Origin: Acidobacteriota bacterium
GTDB lineage: Bacteria; Acidobacteriota; Blastocatellia; Pyrinomonadales; Pyrinomonadaceae
Assembly: GCA_046732935.1 (NCBI GenBank)
Contig: JBKPOC010000087.1
Coordinates: forward strand, 40,044-104,043
Length of the DNA: 64,000 bases
Direction of reading: 5' to 3'
A program made the translations under genes and the position numbers. Shown one piece after another: positions 10,108 through 19,314 of this stretch. The notes below the pieces were generated by a model that saw nothing but the letters and a program-made list of their open reading frames with translations, was not told the DNA's origin and did not search any database. The first letter of the stretch is position 1. Each line of letters opens with the position of its first letter.

Positions 10108-10610
10108 CCATCTGCATGTTTGCAGCGTTGATTCCCATGTTGCCGCTGGGATCAGGTCATTCGCCTGCTGCCACTCAAGGCGTCGCCTTTCCTGGCTGGC
10201 CGGCGCAACTTGAAGGACGAGAGTTGAAACCGCTGCCTCTAACAGAACGCGAGCTGCGTTTCGGTGAAGATTTTCCTGGAAAGATTGGACGCTTCACTGA
10301 TGGTCGCACCGAAGTGATCGTTCGCTGGGTCACGGAAGCGACGCGCAAATTGCACCCAGCCTCCGACTGCTTCGAAGGCATCGGCTTCCGCGTACAACCG
10401 TTGCCCTTGCATGTAGACGAACACGGTTCGCGTTGGTCGAGCTTTACCGCGACTCGAGGAAACGAGCGGCTGCGCGTGCGCGAGCGGATTTACGCTGGTA
10501 CGGGCGAGAGTTGGTCGGACGTGTCGTCGTGGTATTGGGCTGCGTTGCGCGAGACAAGCGCCGGCCCGTGGTGGGCGATAACAATCGCTGAAGCCGAACC
10601 GGAACTGTAA
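10083..10610 (+). CDS. EpsI-like exosortase-associated protein
   Basis: Overlaps the exosortase gene by 25 nt. Has an N-terminal anchor. FPGWPAQLEGRELKPLPLTERELRF...VIVRWVTEATRKLHPASDCFEGIGF follows the EpsI pattern (substrate-side W/G region, then HxPxxC..G.G). Confidence 0.5.
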   Translation: MRRTALYLTICMFAALIPMLPLGSGHSPAATQGVAFPGWPAQLEGRELKPLPLTERELRFGEDFPGKIGRFTDGRTEVIVRWVTEATRKLHPASDCFEGIGFRVQPLPLHVDEHGSRWSSFTATRGNERLRVRERIYAGTGESWSDVSSWYWAALRETSAGPWWAITIAEAEPEL

Positions 10611-10676
10611 CTATTGACAGTTATCTTTCATTGAACGGGAGGTTACTTTTGCGCCGCAGAGGAATTGAATACGGGA

Positions 10677-12929
10677 ATGAATCGTTCACGTCGGCGATTA
10701 CGGGCGTCGTTTATGATGATGCTGCTCTGTATTCTGCCGGCGCCAGCCTTCCCTCAGCAACGCCAATACACGAACTCCCCACACGATTGGGAACAACGCC
10801 TGACGTCCAACGATCCGAAGGTGCGGGCGAACGCGGAAGCCGCACTGCTGCAAGAGGCGCCGCGTTCGTTACCCTTAATTAGACGACTCCTCAATCGCCG
10901 CAACGAACAACTCCATGAAGTGACGTTCGAGATCGTCCGCCGGATCGGCCCGCCGGCCATTCCCTTGCTGGTGGAACTGCTCCGAGATAACTCCGTCTCC
11001 AACCGGCGCGACGCCGCTGATGCCTTCATCGATCTCGCGCCGCACACGGAATCGATTCAAGCGGCATTGAGACGCGCACTGCGAGACAACGACTCGAACG
11101 TCGCCGGCGATGCCGCACGTGCTCTCGGCGCTTTGCGCGAGAGAGCCAGTCCTTCGTTAGGCGCTTTAATCAAGACTCTATCGCACGAGAATCCTTACGT
11201 CCGCATCTACGCTGCTGAGGCCCTCGCGTCGATTGGCCCAGCGGCGGTGACGGCGACAGCGGAACTCGCGAGAGCGCTGCACGATCCAGCGCCCGGCGTG
11301 CGCTGGGCGGCGTGTGAAGCGCTCGGAAGCATCGGCCCAGGCGCGCACTCCGCTGTGCCGCAATTGATCGAAGCTCTGAAGGATGAATTTCTGTATGTGC
11401 GCATCTTCGCGGCCGGTGCGCTGGGACGCATCGGACCGAATGCACGAACAGCCACCGAGGCTCTGACTGCGGCTGCGCAAGATCCAACGCTGCACGACGA
11501 AGCTGAGTGGGCGCTGAATCGAATCAAGGGAGTAGAGCCGGGAGAGACGCGAGCGCCTAGCGGCAGGTCATCAACCTCGCTTTCTCTCGCGCCCGAATCC
11601 TCGACGACGGTGCCCCAAACGGGCAATCCTCCAACTGACTGGGACACAACGAGTGGTCGAAACATCGTCTGGAGTGTCGAGTTGGGAAACCAGACATTTG
11701 GCCGTCCTGTAGTCGCGGGCAATGTGGTCTATATCGGCACTGACAATGCCCGCCACATGAACCCCGACTACCAGGAAGAATGCGGCGTGCTCATGGCCTT
11801 TCGAGCGTCGGACGGCAAGTTCCTCTGGCAGGACGTCGCCCCGCGAGTGGAGCGAGGCCTGCGGGAGTTCCTGCTGCCGTCAACTACAAGTGTTCCATAC
11901 GTCGAGGGGGAGCGGTTGTACTACGTCACGGCGGAATGCCAACTCCGTTGCCTGGACACAGAGGGTTTCCGCGACGGCGAGAACAATGGTCCATACCGAA
12001 ACGAGCTTTTCCAGGACAACGCTGCCGCCGACATCATCTGGGAGTTGGACATGTGCGGCCGCCTCGGTGTCTTTCCGCACGAAGCCACCAACAGCCAGGT
12101 GTTACCGCTTGGCGATCTGCTGCTCGTCAGTACGTCGAACGGACAGAATGAAGGACACACGCGCGTACCGTCGCCGCGCGCCCCAAGTCTGATCGCGGTC
12201 GACAAGCACACGGGCGAAGTCGTATGGCGCGCCATCGGCGCGGGCGATCAGGTGTTGCATGGCCAGTGGTCCAGTCCAGTAGCCGTCAACGTCAACGGAC
12301 GCACCCAGGTGCTCTTCGGCGGTGGTGATGGGTGGCTGCGTGCCTATGATGCTGCTTCGGGCCATGAGATCTGGCGATTCGACGGCAATCCGAAAGACGC
12401 GCGCTGGCTTCCCCGCCCCGGCGTGCTCTCGCGTAGTTTCATCGTTGCTTCACCCGTCGTCGCCGACGGTCGTGTTTTCGTGGCGATGGGCCAGAGTCCC
12501 GGGCACGGCAACGGGCCGTCGTTTATTCATGCGATCAGTCCTAACGGCCAGGGAGACGTCACGACGAGCAGACTTCTCTGGACTTCTCGCGACGTCGGTC
12601 GCGTGGTGGCAACGCCCATTGAGAAGGACGGTCTGCTATACGTCGCAGACGTGGGCGGAACGATTCATTGTCTCGACGCTGCAACCGGCGCTCAGGTCTG
12701 GACACACGAGACTAACGCGGCCATTTGGGATTGCCTCCTGCTGGTGGGCGATCGGCTTTACGTTGGTAACGAAGATGGGACGATGACCATCCTTCGCACC
12801 GGCCGGCGAAAAGAATTGCTGGCGGAGATAGAAATGTATGCGCCGCTCTATTCGCCTCCCGCGCTCGTCGGCGATTCCCTCTATCTGGCCACTGCAAACC
12901 GCTTGTACTTGATCGCGGCAAAACCGTGA
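10677..12929 (+). CDS. HEAT-repeat plus PQQ-like beta-propeller repeat protein, secreted
   Basis: Signal peptide. Repeated HEAT/PBS-lyase units (NPYVRIYAAEALASIGP, APGVRWAACEALGSIGP, EFLYVRIFAAGALGRIGP). The C-terminal half has PQQ/BamB-type blades (KFLWQD, VVWRA, EIWRF, QVWTHE). Confidence 0.75.
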   Translation: MNRSRRRLRASFMMMLLCILPAPAFPQQRQYTNSPHDWEQRLTSNDPKVRANAEAALLQEAPRSLPLIRRLLNRRNEQLHEVTFEIVRRIGPPAIPLLVELLRDNSVSNRRDAADAFIDLAPHTESIQAALRRALRDNDSNVAGDAARALGALRERASPSLGALIKTLSHENPYVRIYAAEALASIGPAAVTATAELARALHDPAPGVRWAACEALGSIGPGAHSAVPQLIEALKDEFLYVRIFAAGALGRIGPNARTATEALTAAAQDPTLHDEAEWALNRIKGVEPGETRAPSGRSSTSLSLAPESSTTVPQTGNPPTDWDTTSGRNIVWSVELGNQTFGRPVVAGNVVYIGTDNARHMNPDYQEECGVLMAFRASDGKFLWQDVAPRVERGLREFLLPSTTSVPYVEGERLYYVTAECQLRCLDTEGFRDGENNGPYRNELFQDNAAADIIWELDMCGRLGVFPHEATNSQVLPLGDLLLVSTSNGQNEGHTRVPSPRAPSLIAVDKHTGEVVWRAIGAGDQVLHGQWSSPVAVNVNGRTQVLFGGGDGWLRAYDAASGHEIWRFDGNPKDARWLPRPGVLSRSFIVASPVVADGRVFVAMGQSPGHGNGPSFIHAISPNGQGDVTTSRLLWTSRDVGRVVATPIEKDGLLYVADVGGTIHCLDAATGAQVWTHETNAAIWDCLLLVGDRLYVGNEDGTMTILRTGRRKELLAEIEMYAPLYSPPALVGDSLYLATANRLYLIAAKP

Positions 12930-12953
12930 TCCCGTCCGTGATATCCTGAGTCG

Positions 12954-13859
12954 ATGAAGAGAAAACTGATAAAGCGACTCGCTTTGTTTCTATTGCTCGC
13001 ATGTCCGTTAACGGCTCAGGCACAGTCTGCGACCGAAGCCGCGGCGCGCGCAGCGCTGTTTCGGTATAACGATCATCCACCGGTCACTGTCAAAGAGGTT
13101 TCGTCCGAGCAGCGCGGCGAGACCACGGTGCGAGACATCACGTTTTCGACTGGGCCAGGACGAGAGACAAAAGCTTATCTGGTTGTGCCCAACGGAAATG
13201 GACCATTCGCCGGCATCCTCTGGGTGCATTGGCTTGGCGAAGAGAAATCGAACCGCAGCCAGTTCCTGGACGAAGCTGTCGAACTCGCGCCGAAAGGAGC
13301 AGTGTCGCTCTTAGTCGACGCGATGTGGTCCACGCCGAAATGGTTTGGCAATCGTGTTCCGGAAAAGGATTACGAGAACTCTATCCGCCAGGTTATCGAA
13401 CTCAGACGCGCTCTCGATCTGCTGCTTTCGCAGTCGAACGTTGATAAGACACGCATTGGATTTGTTGGTCATGATTACGGTGCGATGTACGGGATGTTGA
13501 TGGCCGGAGTGGAGCAGCGCATCAGTACTTTCGTCTTCATTGCGGCAACGCAGAGTCTAAACGATTGGGCGTTCCTCGGTCCGCAGCCGAAATCGAAGTC
13601 TGCGTACTTGAAACAGAATTCAAATCTGGAGCTCACGGATTATTTGCGGCAGGTCAGGAACGCGAGCAAGTTGTTTCAGTTTGGAAAAGGCGACTTCTAC
13701 GTTTCGCAGGCCGACGCGGCGGTCCTGTTCGCCGCCGCCCCCGAACCCAAGCAACGCAAGTTGTACGACGCTTCGCACAAGATGGAGTTGAAGGAGATAG
13801 CCAGAGACCGCGACGATTGGCTGGTGAAGCAGTTAAAACTCGGAAGCGGTTCCCGGTAA
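12954..13859 (+). CDS. Secreted alpha/beta-hydrolase fold protein with an Asp at the nucleophile elbow
   Basis: Signal peptide MKRKLIKRLALFLLLACPLTAQA. The nucleophile-elbow-like motif is IGFVGHDYGAMYG (Sm-x-Nu-x-Sm with Nu = Asp). Confidence 0.55.
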   Translation: MKRKLIKRLALFLLLACPLTAQAQSATEAAARAALFRYNDHPPVTVKEVSSEQRGETTVRDITFSTGPGRETKAYLVVPNGNGPFAGILWVHWLGEEKSNRSQFLDEAVELAPKGAVSLLVDAMWSTPKWFGNRVPEKDYENSIRQVIELRRALDLLLSQSNVDKTRIGFVGHDYGAMYGMLMAGVEQRISTFVFIAATQSLNDWAFLGPQPKSKSAYLKQNSNLELTDYLRQVRNASKLFQFGKGDFYVSQADAAVLFAAAPEPKQRKLYDASHKMELKEIARDRDDWLVKQLKLGSGSR

Positions 13860-13879
13860 CACCCATCAGGAATAGTAAT

Positions 13880-14033
13880 GCAGTTTGAGACTTTCACAAA
13901 CTTATGAACAAGTCCGGAAGGGGGCAAGCGCAGCGCGCCCCCGCGGTGTTGAGTTATGCAAACCAAGACAGCGGGGGCGCGCTGGGCTTGCCCCCTTCCG
14001 GACTGTTCTTGCTGAGCAGGAGGTTCAAACTGC
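13880..14033. repeat. Long GC-rich inverted repeat between convergent genes (candidate bidirectional terminator or REP-like element)
   Basis: Arms 13911-13944 and 13971-14004 are reverse complements at 33 of 34 positions, with a 26-nt loop. An outer 9-bp pair, GCAGTTTGA (13880-13888) and TCAAACTGC (14025-14033), brackets them. Confidence 0.7.
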
Positions 14034-14045
14034 GCCACTGCTACG

Positions 14046-16916
14046 TCAGGGACTTAACTTGACAATCACCGTATTTCCAGCGACGCCGCGTACCTTCAGG
14101 CTAACGCGTATCTCAGCGCTGTTCGCTACCTCGTCGGGCAACTTTACGATGACCTGCTTGAGCCAGGCGAAGTTCGGCACCGAGCCAAAATACTCGACCG
14201 TGAGCGGGAAAACATGGCCCAGCGAATCTTCGGCCTGAGCTTCGATTACTGAAGAGGTCTCACCCGCAGCTAGTTCTATATTCACCGCGAACAACGACAC
14301 ACGAGTGCGCTGGTCGGCGCTGAAATTGTTAATGTTGGTGACTGAGAACGGCTCAGTCGTAAACTTAACCGAATCCAGAGCCAGCGCACGCTGAGAATTT
14401 TCGCGCGTGAGCAAAATTGGCGCTTGTCCCGCAGGCGGCGTCGAACTTGTCGCTCCGGTGAATGAAGCGGTCTTGTCGCCGGTCACGCTGCTGGTGGACA
14501 CGAATACGATCGCCAGCGGATTGAAAGCATAGCCTGACTTTGATGGTGTGACTCTTAGGTTGTGACTCACACCTGGCGCGTAAGTAAAAACGTAGTTACC
14601 CGTTTGATTCGTAAACACGATCTGCGGTTCCACTACGTCACTTACCAATATCATTGTCACATCAGCGATTCCCTGTCCGTTTCCGTCTGTGACTGCTCCG
14701 GAAATCGTAGCCGTCGGCGTCGGTGTTGGCGTCGGAGACGGTTGGGAAGCAGTACAGGTGTTAAGCGCCACCGTCAGGTTGTTGACGAACTGGTTGGCGG
14801 TGATGAGATCCGGCCGCGTGTCGCCGTTAAAATCGCCGGCGACGATGCGCGATGCGGTTCGTTCAACCGCGACCAGAGCGGCTGGACCAAAACCGCCGTT
14901 ACCATCGCCGCGAAGCACCGCAATGCTTGCTTTTGGCAGAGTCGGACCTGGGTCCTGGCGCAGGACGATCGCAGCCAAATCGAGCTTGCCGTCGTTGTTG
15001 AAATCATCCACCGCTATATCGGAAGGAAAATCGCCGGGAGTTAATTGCAGCGGCGCTGTGAAGCCGCCCATGCCGTCTCCTCTTACTATCGAAGTTTTTC
15101 CGTTGGTTTCCGCAGAAGCCATCACGAGGTCCGCGTTGCCGTCGGCGTCGAGATCGGCCGCCCGAATCGAATTCGAGTTGGCCGTCGTGATGTGAGTTGC
15201 CGGTGCGAATCCACCAGCTCCGTTACCCAACAGAATACTGAAACCAAAACCGCTGGGAACAGCGAGATCCATCTTGCCGTCTTTGTTGAAGTCTGCAAAA
15301 GCCACTCCAACCGGGTTTACGGCAGTGTTGACGGAAACATTAGGCTGCATCACAAAGTGTCCAGTGCCGTCGGATAGACCAATGGAGATAGTGCCGCCGT
15401 TGTTGTTTCCACCGCCGCGATTCATTGTCACTAAATCTATCTTGCCGTCTCCGTTCAGATCTCCGCCTGACACGGCGGAAGGTTCAGAGGAATCGAAGCT
15501 CGTTGAGATTGTCGAAGCGAAACCACCGAGCCCGTTACCCAAAACGACGTGTAGACGCGGCAGGCCGCCGGGTCCGTTGTGAGTCGCATCGAGACCGGCG
15601 ACATCCAACTTAGTATCACCATTAAAATCGGCGATTACTGGACCGGCGAGCGCGCCGGTTACTGTCACTGTTGAAGGAGCACTAAAGTTACCGGCGCCAT
15701 CACCGAGCATCACGGTAAAGCCACCGTTACTCATCACCACGAGATCGGTCTTGCCATCGTTATTCAGATCTGCCCGCCCGAGGCCAAAGGCGCCGCGCTC
15801 AGCCGCACCAACAGCGAAGCGAAAACCACCCGCGCCGTCGCCGAACAATATTCCGGCTGTGCCAGTTGAGGCCGATGCGATGTCGAGATTCGAATCGCCA
15901 TCGAAGTCGGCGATGACGGTATTTGCGCCGGGGTCATGGCCAAGGCTCCCCATCCCGTACTGGAACGGTGGTCCAAACGTGCCATTCCCGTTACCGAGCA
16001 CCACTGTTGCGCCAGCTACGATATCGAGTTTTCCGTCTTTGTTTAGGTCCGCCAGAGCGACGAAACCTGGTCGACCGGCATTCAGCACGTCGATGCTCGT
16101 CGACGTACCTAAACATCCAGCTCCGTCGCCGAAATGAATTTGAATCTGTCCTGAGAGGACATTAGTCAGGACGAGATCAATTTTTCCGTCAGCGTTGACG
16201 TCACCGGCTGTCAATCCCGTACTGGATATTATGCCGCAAGACGGAGCGCCGAAATTTCCGGCGCCATTTCCGAGGCGGATTTGAGTGGTGTTGCTGGCCG
16301 ACGTTGCCAGATCGAGTTTTCCGTCATTATTAAAGTCAGCAGCAATAATTTTATTTGCCGGCGCAAAGATGAATGCCGGCGCACTAAAGCCTCCCTGACC
16401 ATTACCAAGCACCATCCCGATGCCGGACCCACTGGCGACCACAACATCAAGAGCACCGTTGTTGTTGAAATCGCCGATTGCCATGGACGCTCCGGCAATC
16501 GCGCTGTTGAATGTGCCGGCGACTTCGAACTCACCGGAGCCGGTATTTCGAAGTAGAGTAATCGTGCTGGAGGAGTTGCTCGCGGAGACGACGTCAGGCT
16601 TCCCGTCACCGGTAAAATCGCCGGTCGCGACACTCAGCGGGAATGTCCCAACGGGATAGGCGTTGATGATTGCGGGCTGCGCCAGACCAGCCTTCAACAC
16701 TACTGTCACGGTCGAGCTATCGGCATTTGCCACCGCGAGATCCGGTCTTCCATCGCCGTCGAAGTCGGCGGTTGCAACTGAACGTATGTCAGAACCGACG
16801 GGATAAACGGGCGCTTGGGTAAAACCAGGCAGTGAACACGTTTGGGCGGATGCCGGTGCGCAGAACAAACTCGCAATGATTAAGGGGAGTATTAGAAAAA
16901 CACGTATTTGATTCAT
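14046..16916 (-). CDS. Large secreted FG-GAP/VCBS-repeat protein with C-terminal beta-sandwich domains
   Basis: Signal peptide MNQIRVFLILPLIIASLFCAPASAQ. More than 15 repeats of the type ADFDGDGRPDLAV / GDFTGDGKPDVV / ADFNNDGKLDLA. A PSPTPTPTPT linker is followed by a CarboxypepD_reg-like ISGAVTDGNGQGIADVTM. Confidence 0.85.
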   Translation of the reverse strand: MNQIRVFLILPLIIASLFCAPASAQTCSLPGFTQAPVYPVGSDIRSVATADFDGDGRPDLAVANADSSTVTVVLKAGLAQPAIINAYPVGTFPLSVATGDFTGDGKPDVVSASNSSSTITLLRNTGSGEFEVAGTFNSAIAGASMAIGDFNNNGALDVVVASGSGIGMVLGNGQGGFSAPAFIFAPANKIIAADFNNDGKLDLATSASNTTQIRLGNGAGNFGAPSCGIISSTGLTAGDVNADGKIDLVLTNVLSGQIQIHFGDGAGCLGTSTSIDVLNAGRPGFVALADLNKDGKLDIVAGATVVLGNGNGTFGPPFQYGMGSLGHDPGANTVIADFDGDSNLDIASASTGTAGILFGDGAGGFRFAVGAAERGAFGLGRADLNNDGKTDLVVMSNGGFTVMLGDGAGNFSAPSTVTVTGALAGPVIADFNGDTKLDVAGLDATHNGPGGLPRLHVVLGNGLGGFASTISTSFDSSEPSAVSGGDLNGDGKIDLVTMNRGGGNNNGGTISIGLSDGTGHFVMQPNVSVNTAVNPVGVAFADFNKDGKMDLAVPSGFGFSILLGNGAGGFAPATHITTANSNSIRAADLDADGNADLVMASAETNGKTSIVRGDGMGGFTAPLQLTPGDFPSDIAVDDFNNDGKLDLAAIVLRQDPGPTLPKASIAVLRGDGNGGFGPAALVAVERTASRIVAGDFNGDTRPDLITANQFVNNLTVALNTCTASQPSPTPTPTPTATISGAVTDGNGQGIADVTMILVSDVVEPQIVFTNQTGNYVFTYAPGVSHNLRVTPSKSGYAFNPLAIVFVSTSSVTGDKTASFTGATSSTPPAGQAPILLTRENSQRALALDSVKFTTEPFSVTNINNFSADQRTRVSLFAVNIELAAGETSSVIEAQAEDSLGHVFPLTVEYFGSVPNFAWLKQVIVKLPDEVANSAEIRVSLKVRGVAGNTVIVKLSP

Positions 16917-17186
16917 TTTGGGCTTGCGAATAAAGGTTAGCTCTTGAGACGTGCAGCCAATCAAGGGATAGACCGGACTGAATATATGTGCGGACCGGGA
17001 GATTTACAAGTCTGGCCCGAATCTGTCTGTGTTTGCGCGTATCACTTGGCTGGTATGGAAGTCCTGCTGAAACGGAGGTCTAGTATGAGAACAAGAACTT
17101 TTCATCGCTCGAACATCATTGTCGTCGCGATCTTGATCTTGACAGTACAATCGTCAGCAGCGTTACGCGTTTCAACCCCAGGGCCT

Positions 17187-18053
17187 TCAATTTCCCGTCC
17201 GAAAGTGTGAAGCGGTCCTGAGCCGTTCGTACCACTTCGTGGAAATCGGCGAGTCAGCGCCGCGGTTTAGGGTGTGGTCGGACGTGCGGAAGGCGAAGAG
17301 AATATCTGCCAACGTTGTCTTGCTCGTCCGTTCCCAGGCATCGTTGAAAGCGGCGATTACCTGCGGCATGTAGGAGTTGATGCGCAGGAAATCGATGATC
17401 AGTTCCTGGTTCGCGCGGAAGGAGTTGTACAAATCCGGCATCTCGTTTTGTACAAGCTCAGCCAGATCCGCGCGCTGGAACATCAGCTTGCCCACGCAAT
17501 ACGACAGACCCTGCGAATACGCGGTGATGCGATCGTGCTCCTCAGCACCAAACTCATCAGTCGTCGCAATATTGAACTTAGAATGAAACGTTCGTCCGAG
17601 GTTAGCGATCTTTGACTTCAACGCGTTGTCGGCACCTTCATGTGTCGCAGTCAGAACATTCTGAAACGTGCGCGCCTCCAGCTCAGTCTCGCGAAAACCA
17701 TTTGGACCATACATCGGATGAACGAACACTGCCGACAGTTTCGGATTGTCGACCATCTCGAGCGTCGCCGTAACCGCGCGCCACACTCCTGCCTGGACCG
17801 ACGGGATTAACCATAACGTCTTTGACTCGGAAACCTCGCGACAACGGTAGACCAGCTCGCACGCCAGTTGCGCGTAGCCGGCCAGCGGCGTCGCAACTAC
17901 AACGTGCCGCGCTTCCGTCAGCAGCAATCGTTGCTCTTCACTCGGAGTGTCGCGTTCGATGCTGGAAACAGTCTTCTCGCAGACCTGCGGAAGGATGTCT
18001 CGCTGAAGAAACTGACCGAATTCTCCGGCGCCGCCGACGATGAGCACGTTCAT
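17187..18053 (-). CDS. Prephenate/arogenate dehydrogenase-family protein (TyrA-like)
   Basis: Rossmann N-terminus MNVLIVGGAGEFG. The HPMYGP and EEHDRITAYSQGLSY motifs are typical of prephenate dehydrogenases. The tracked 349-aa ORF is over-extended into the upstream gene, so the start is trimmed to the ATG at 18053. Confidence 0.7.
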   Translation of the reverse strand: MNVLIVGGAGEFGQFLQRDILPQVCEKTVSSIERDTPSEEQRLLLTEARHVVVATPLAGYAQLACELVYRCREVSESKTLWLIPSVQAGVWRAVTATLEMVDNPKLSAVFVHPMYGPNGFRETELEARTFQNVLTATHEGADNALKSKIANLGRTFHSKFNIATTDEFGAEEHDRITAYSQGLSYCVGKLMFQRADLAELVQNEMPDLYNSFRANQELIIDFLRINSYMPQVIAAFNDAWERTSKTTLADILFAFRTSDHTLNRGADSPISTKWYERLRTASHFRTGN

Positions 18054-18082
18054 GGTTTGTGATCGACTCGAATCCTGAAGCA

Positions 18083-18592
18083 TTACCACGGCGGAGCCCA
18101 CGGCCTCACGCGCGGCAGCCAGCGCGGAACATTTTCTTTGTAAAGACGGTATCGCTCGCCGAATCGCGCGCTCAGTCCGGGTTCCTCCAGTAACGGGATA
18201 TACACGAGATTCATGAGGAGGAACAACAGGAACCAAACGACGAGGCGGCGCGAACTTGTCAGCAACGACTCGGCGAGCAAGATGAAGAGTACGCCGCTAA
18301 TCATTGGATTACGAACGTAACGATAGACACCGTTAACGACGAGCACGCGTGGCGGATCCCATGGCGCGAGAGTGCCCCTGCCTCGTGCGAAGTGCGCTAC
18401 CGTGGAAATAAACAACGTCAACCCGATTAGCAACGCTGCGACGCCGGCGGCTAACACCAGCCAACGAACCGACGCGTCTTGCGGCGCCCAATCACGAGAA
18501 ACGTCATTACGGAGAAGCCATAGCGGCACGAGGACCGTTACGGTAAACGGCAGCACCAGAATGGAGAGCAGATGACGAAGTAAATACAGCAT
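18083..18592 (-). CDS. Isoprenylcysteine carboxyl methyltransferase (ICMT/PEMT)-family membrane methyltransferase
   Basis: Four to five TM helices and the family motif LVVNGVYRYVRNPMISGVLF...ERYRLYKENVPRW. Confidence 0.8.
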   Translation of the reverse strand: MLYLLRHLLSILVLPFTVTVLVPLWLLRNDVSRDWAPQDASVRWLVLAAGVAALLIGLTLFISTVAHFARGRGTLAPWDPPRVLVVNGVYRYVRNPMISGVLFILLAESLLTSSRRLVVWFLLFLLMNLVYIPLLEEPGLSARFGERYRLYKENVPRWLPRVRPWAPPW

Positions 18593-18608
18593 GCTTTAGC
18601 GCACGCTT

Positions 18609-19202
18609 TTAGTGAGTAGTCTTGCGAAGCTTCTGTGCATTCTGTTTGAGATCGGCAGTCAATAAGATCACGTGATCGAGATCTTCGCTGGCCTTTTTCG
18701 CGAGATTGACGTCGACAGCGTTATTCGCCTGGAAAACAGGATTACTCACGAACTGCATTAGCGTCTTATCAAGCAGCAAGAGTTCCTCACGAAACTGCCG
18801 CACGGTCGTGACTGCCGGCGGCTTCAAAGTCGTCTCCGAGTTCTCGGCCTCCGGCAAAGACAAGCCATCTTTCAGATCGTTGGCCTTGCCTCGAATCCTG
18901 GAAACCATGTCGGCTATCGTCGAATAATCAAGCGTGTCTTGCATCCAGGCGTCAGCCATCATCTTGTTATTCAATGACTGCAAGTCGCGGAAGTCGTCTT
19001 TGATCTTCTTGAAGCGACTCATCCGCACGGATTCGGATTCCTTGCCGCCATCTTTCGGTATGGCCCAGAGCAACAGCCTGTCCATGTCAGCTCGCTCAAT
19101 GGCGCGAGCCCGTTCAGCGTTAGCCTGTCCTTGAACGCAGCCAAAAGAACCTGCCACCGTCAGAGCAATAAGCAATAGCTGAAAACTTAATCGGTGCGAC
19201 AT
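18609..19202 (-). CDS. Secreted or lipoprotein-like hypothetical protein
   Basis: GAAGGAG Shine-Dalgarno. Signal peptide MSHRLSFQLLLIALTVAGSFGC. The remainder is helical and charged, with no recognisable family. Confidence 0.6.
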   Translation of the reverse strand: MSHRLSFQLLLIALTVAGSFGCVQGQANAERARAIERADMDRLLLWAIPKDGGKESESVRMSRFKKIKDDFRDLQSLNNKMMADAWMQDTLDYSTIADMVSRIRGKANDLKDGLSLPEAENSETTLKPPAVTTVRQFREELLLLDKTLMQFVSNPVFQANNAVDVNLAKKASEDLDHVILLTADLKQNAQKLRKTTH

Positions 19203-19314
19203 TGCCTTACTCCTTCGAACCGTGATTATCCTGCTACGCGATCTATTTGCAAAGAAAAAGGTGGCGAAGATTGCTTCGCCACCCTGACAAATGTGGAATG
19301 TCTGAAATGGCGCG

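Noticed and set aside
13697-14238. ORFs 13697-14038 (minus) and 13885-14238 (plus).
   Set aside because: Both are created by the long GC-rich inverted repeat and the antisense of the FG-GAP gene end. Neither has a Shine-Dalgarno or any motif.
18054-18236. The N-terminal extension of the TyrA-like ORF.
   Set aside because: It overlaps the 3' end of the ICMT-like gene. The Rossmann motif starts right at the ATG at 18053.
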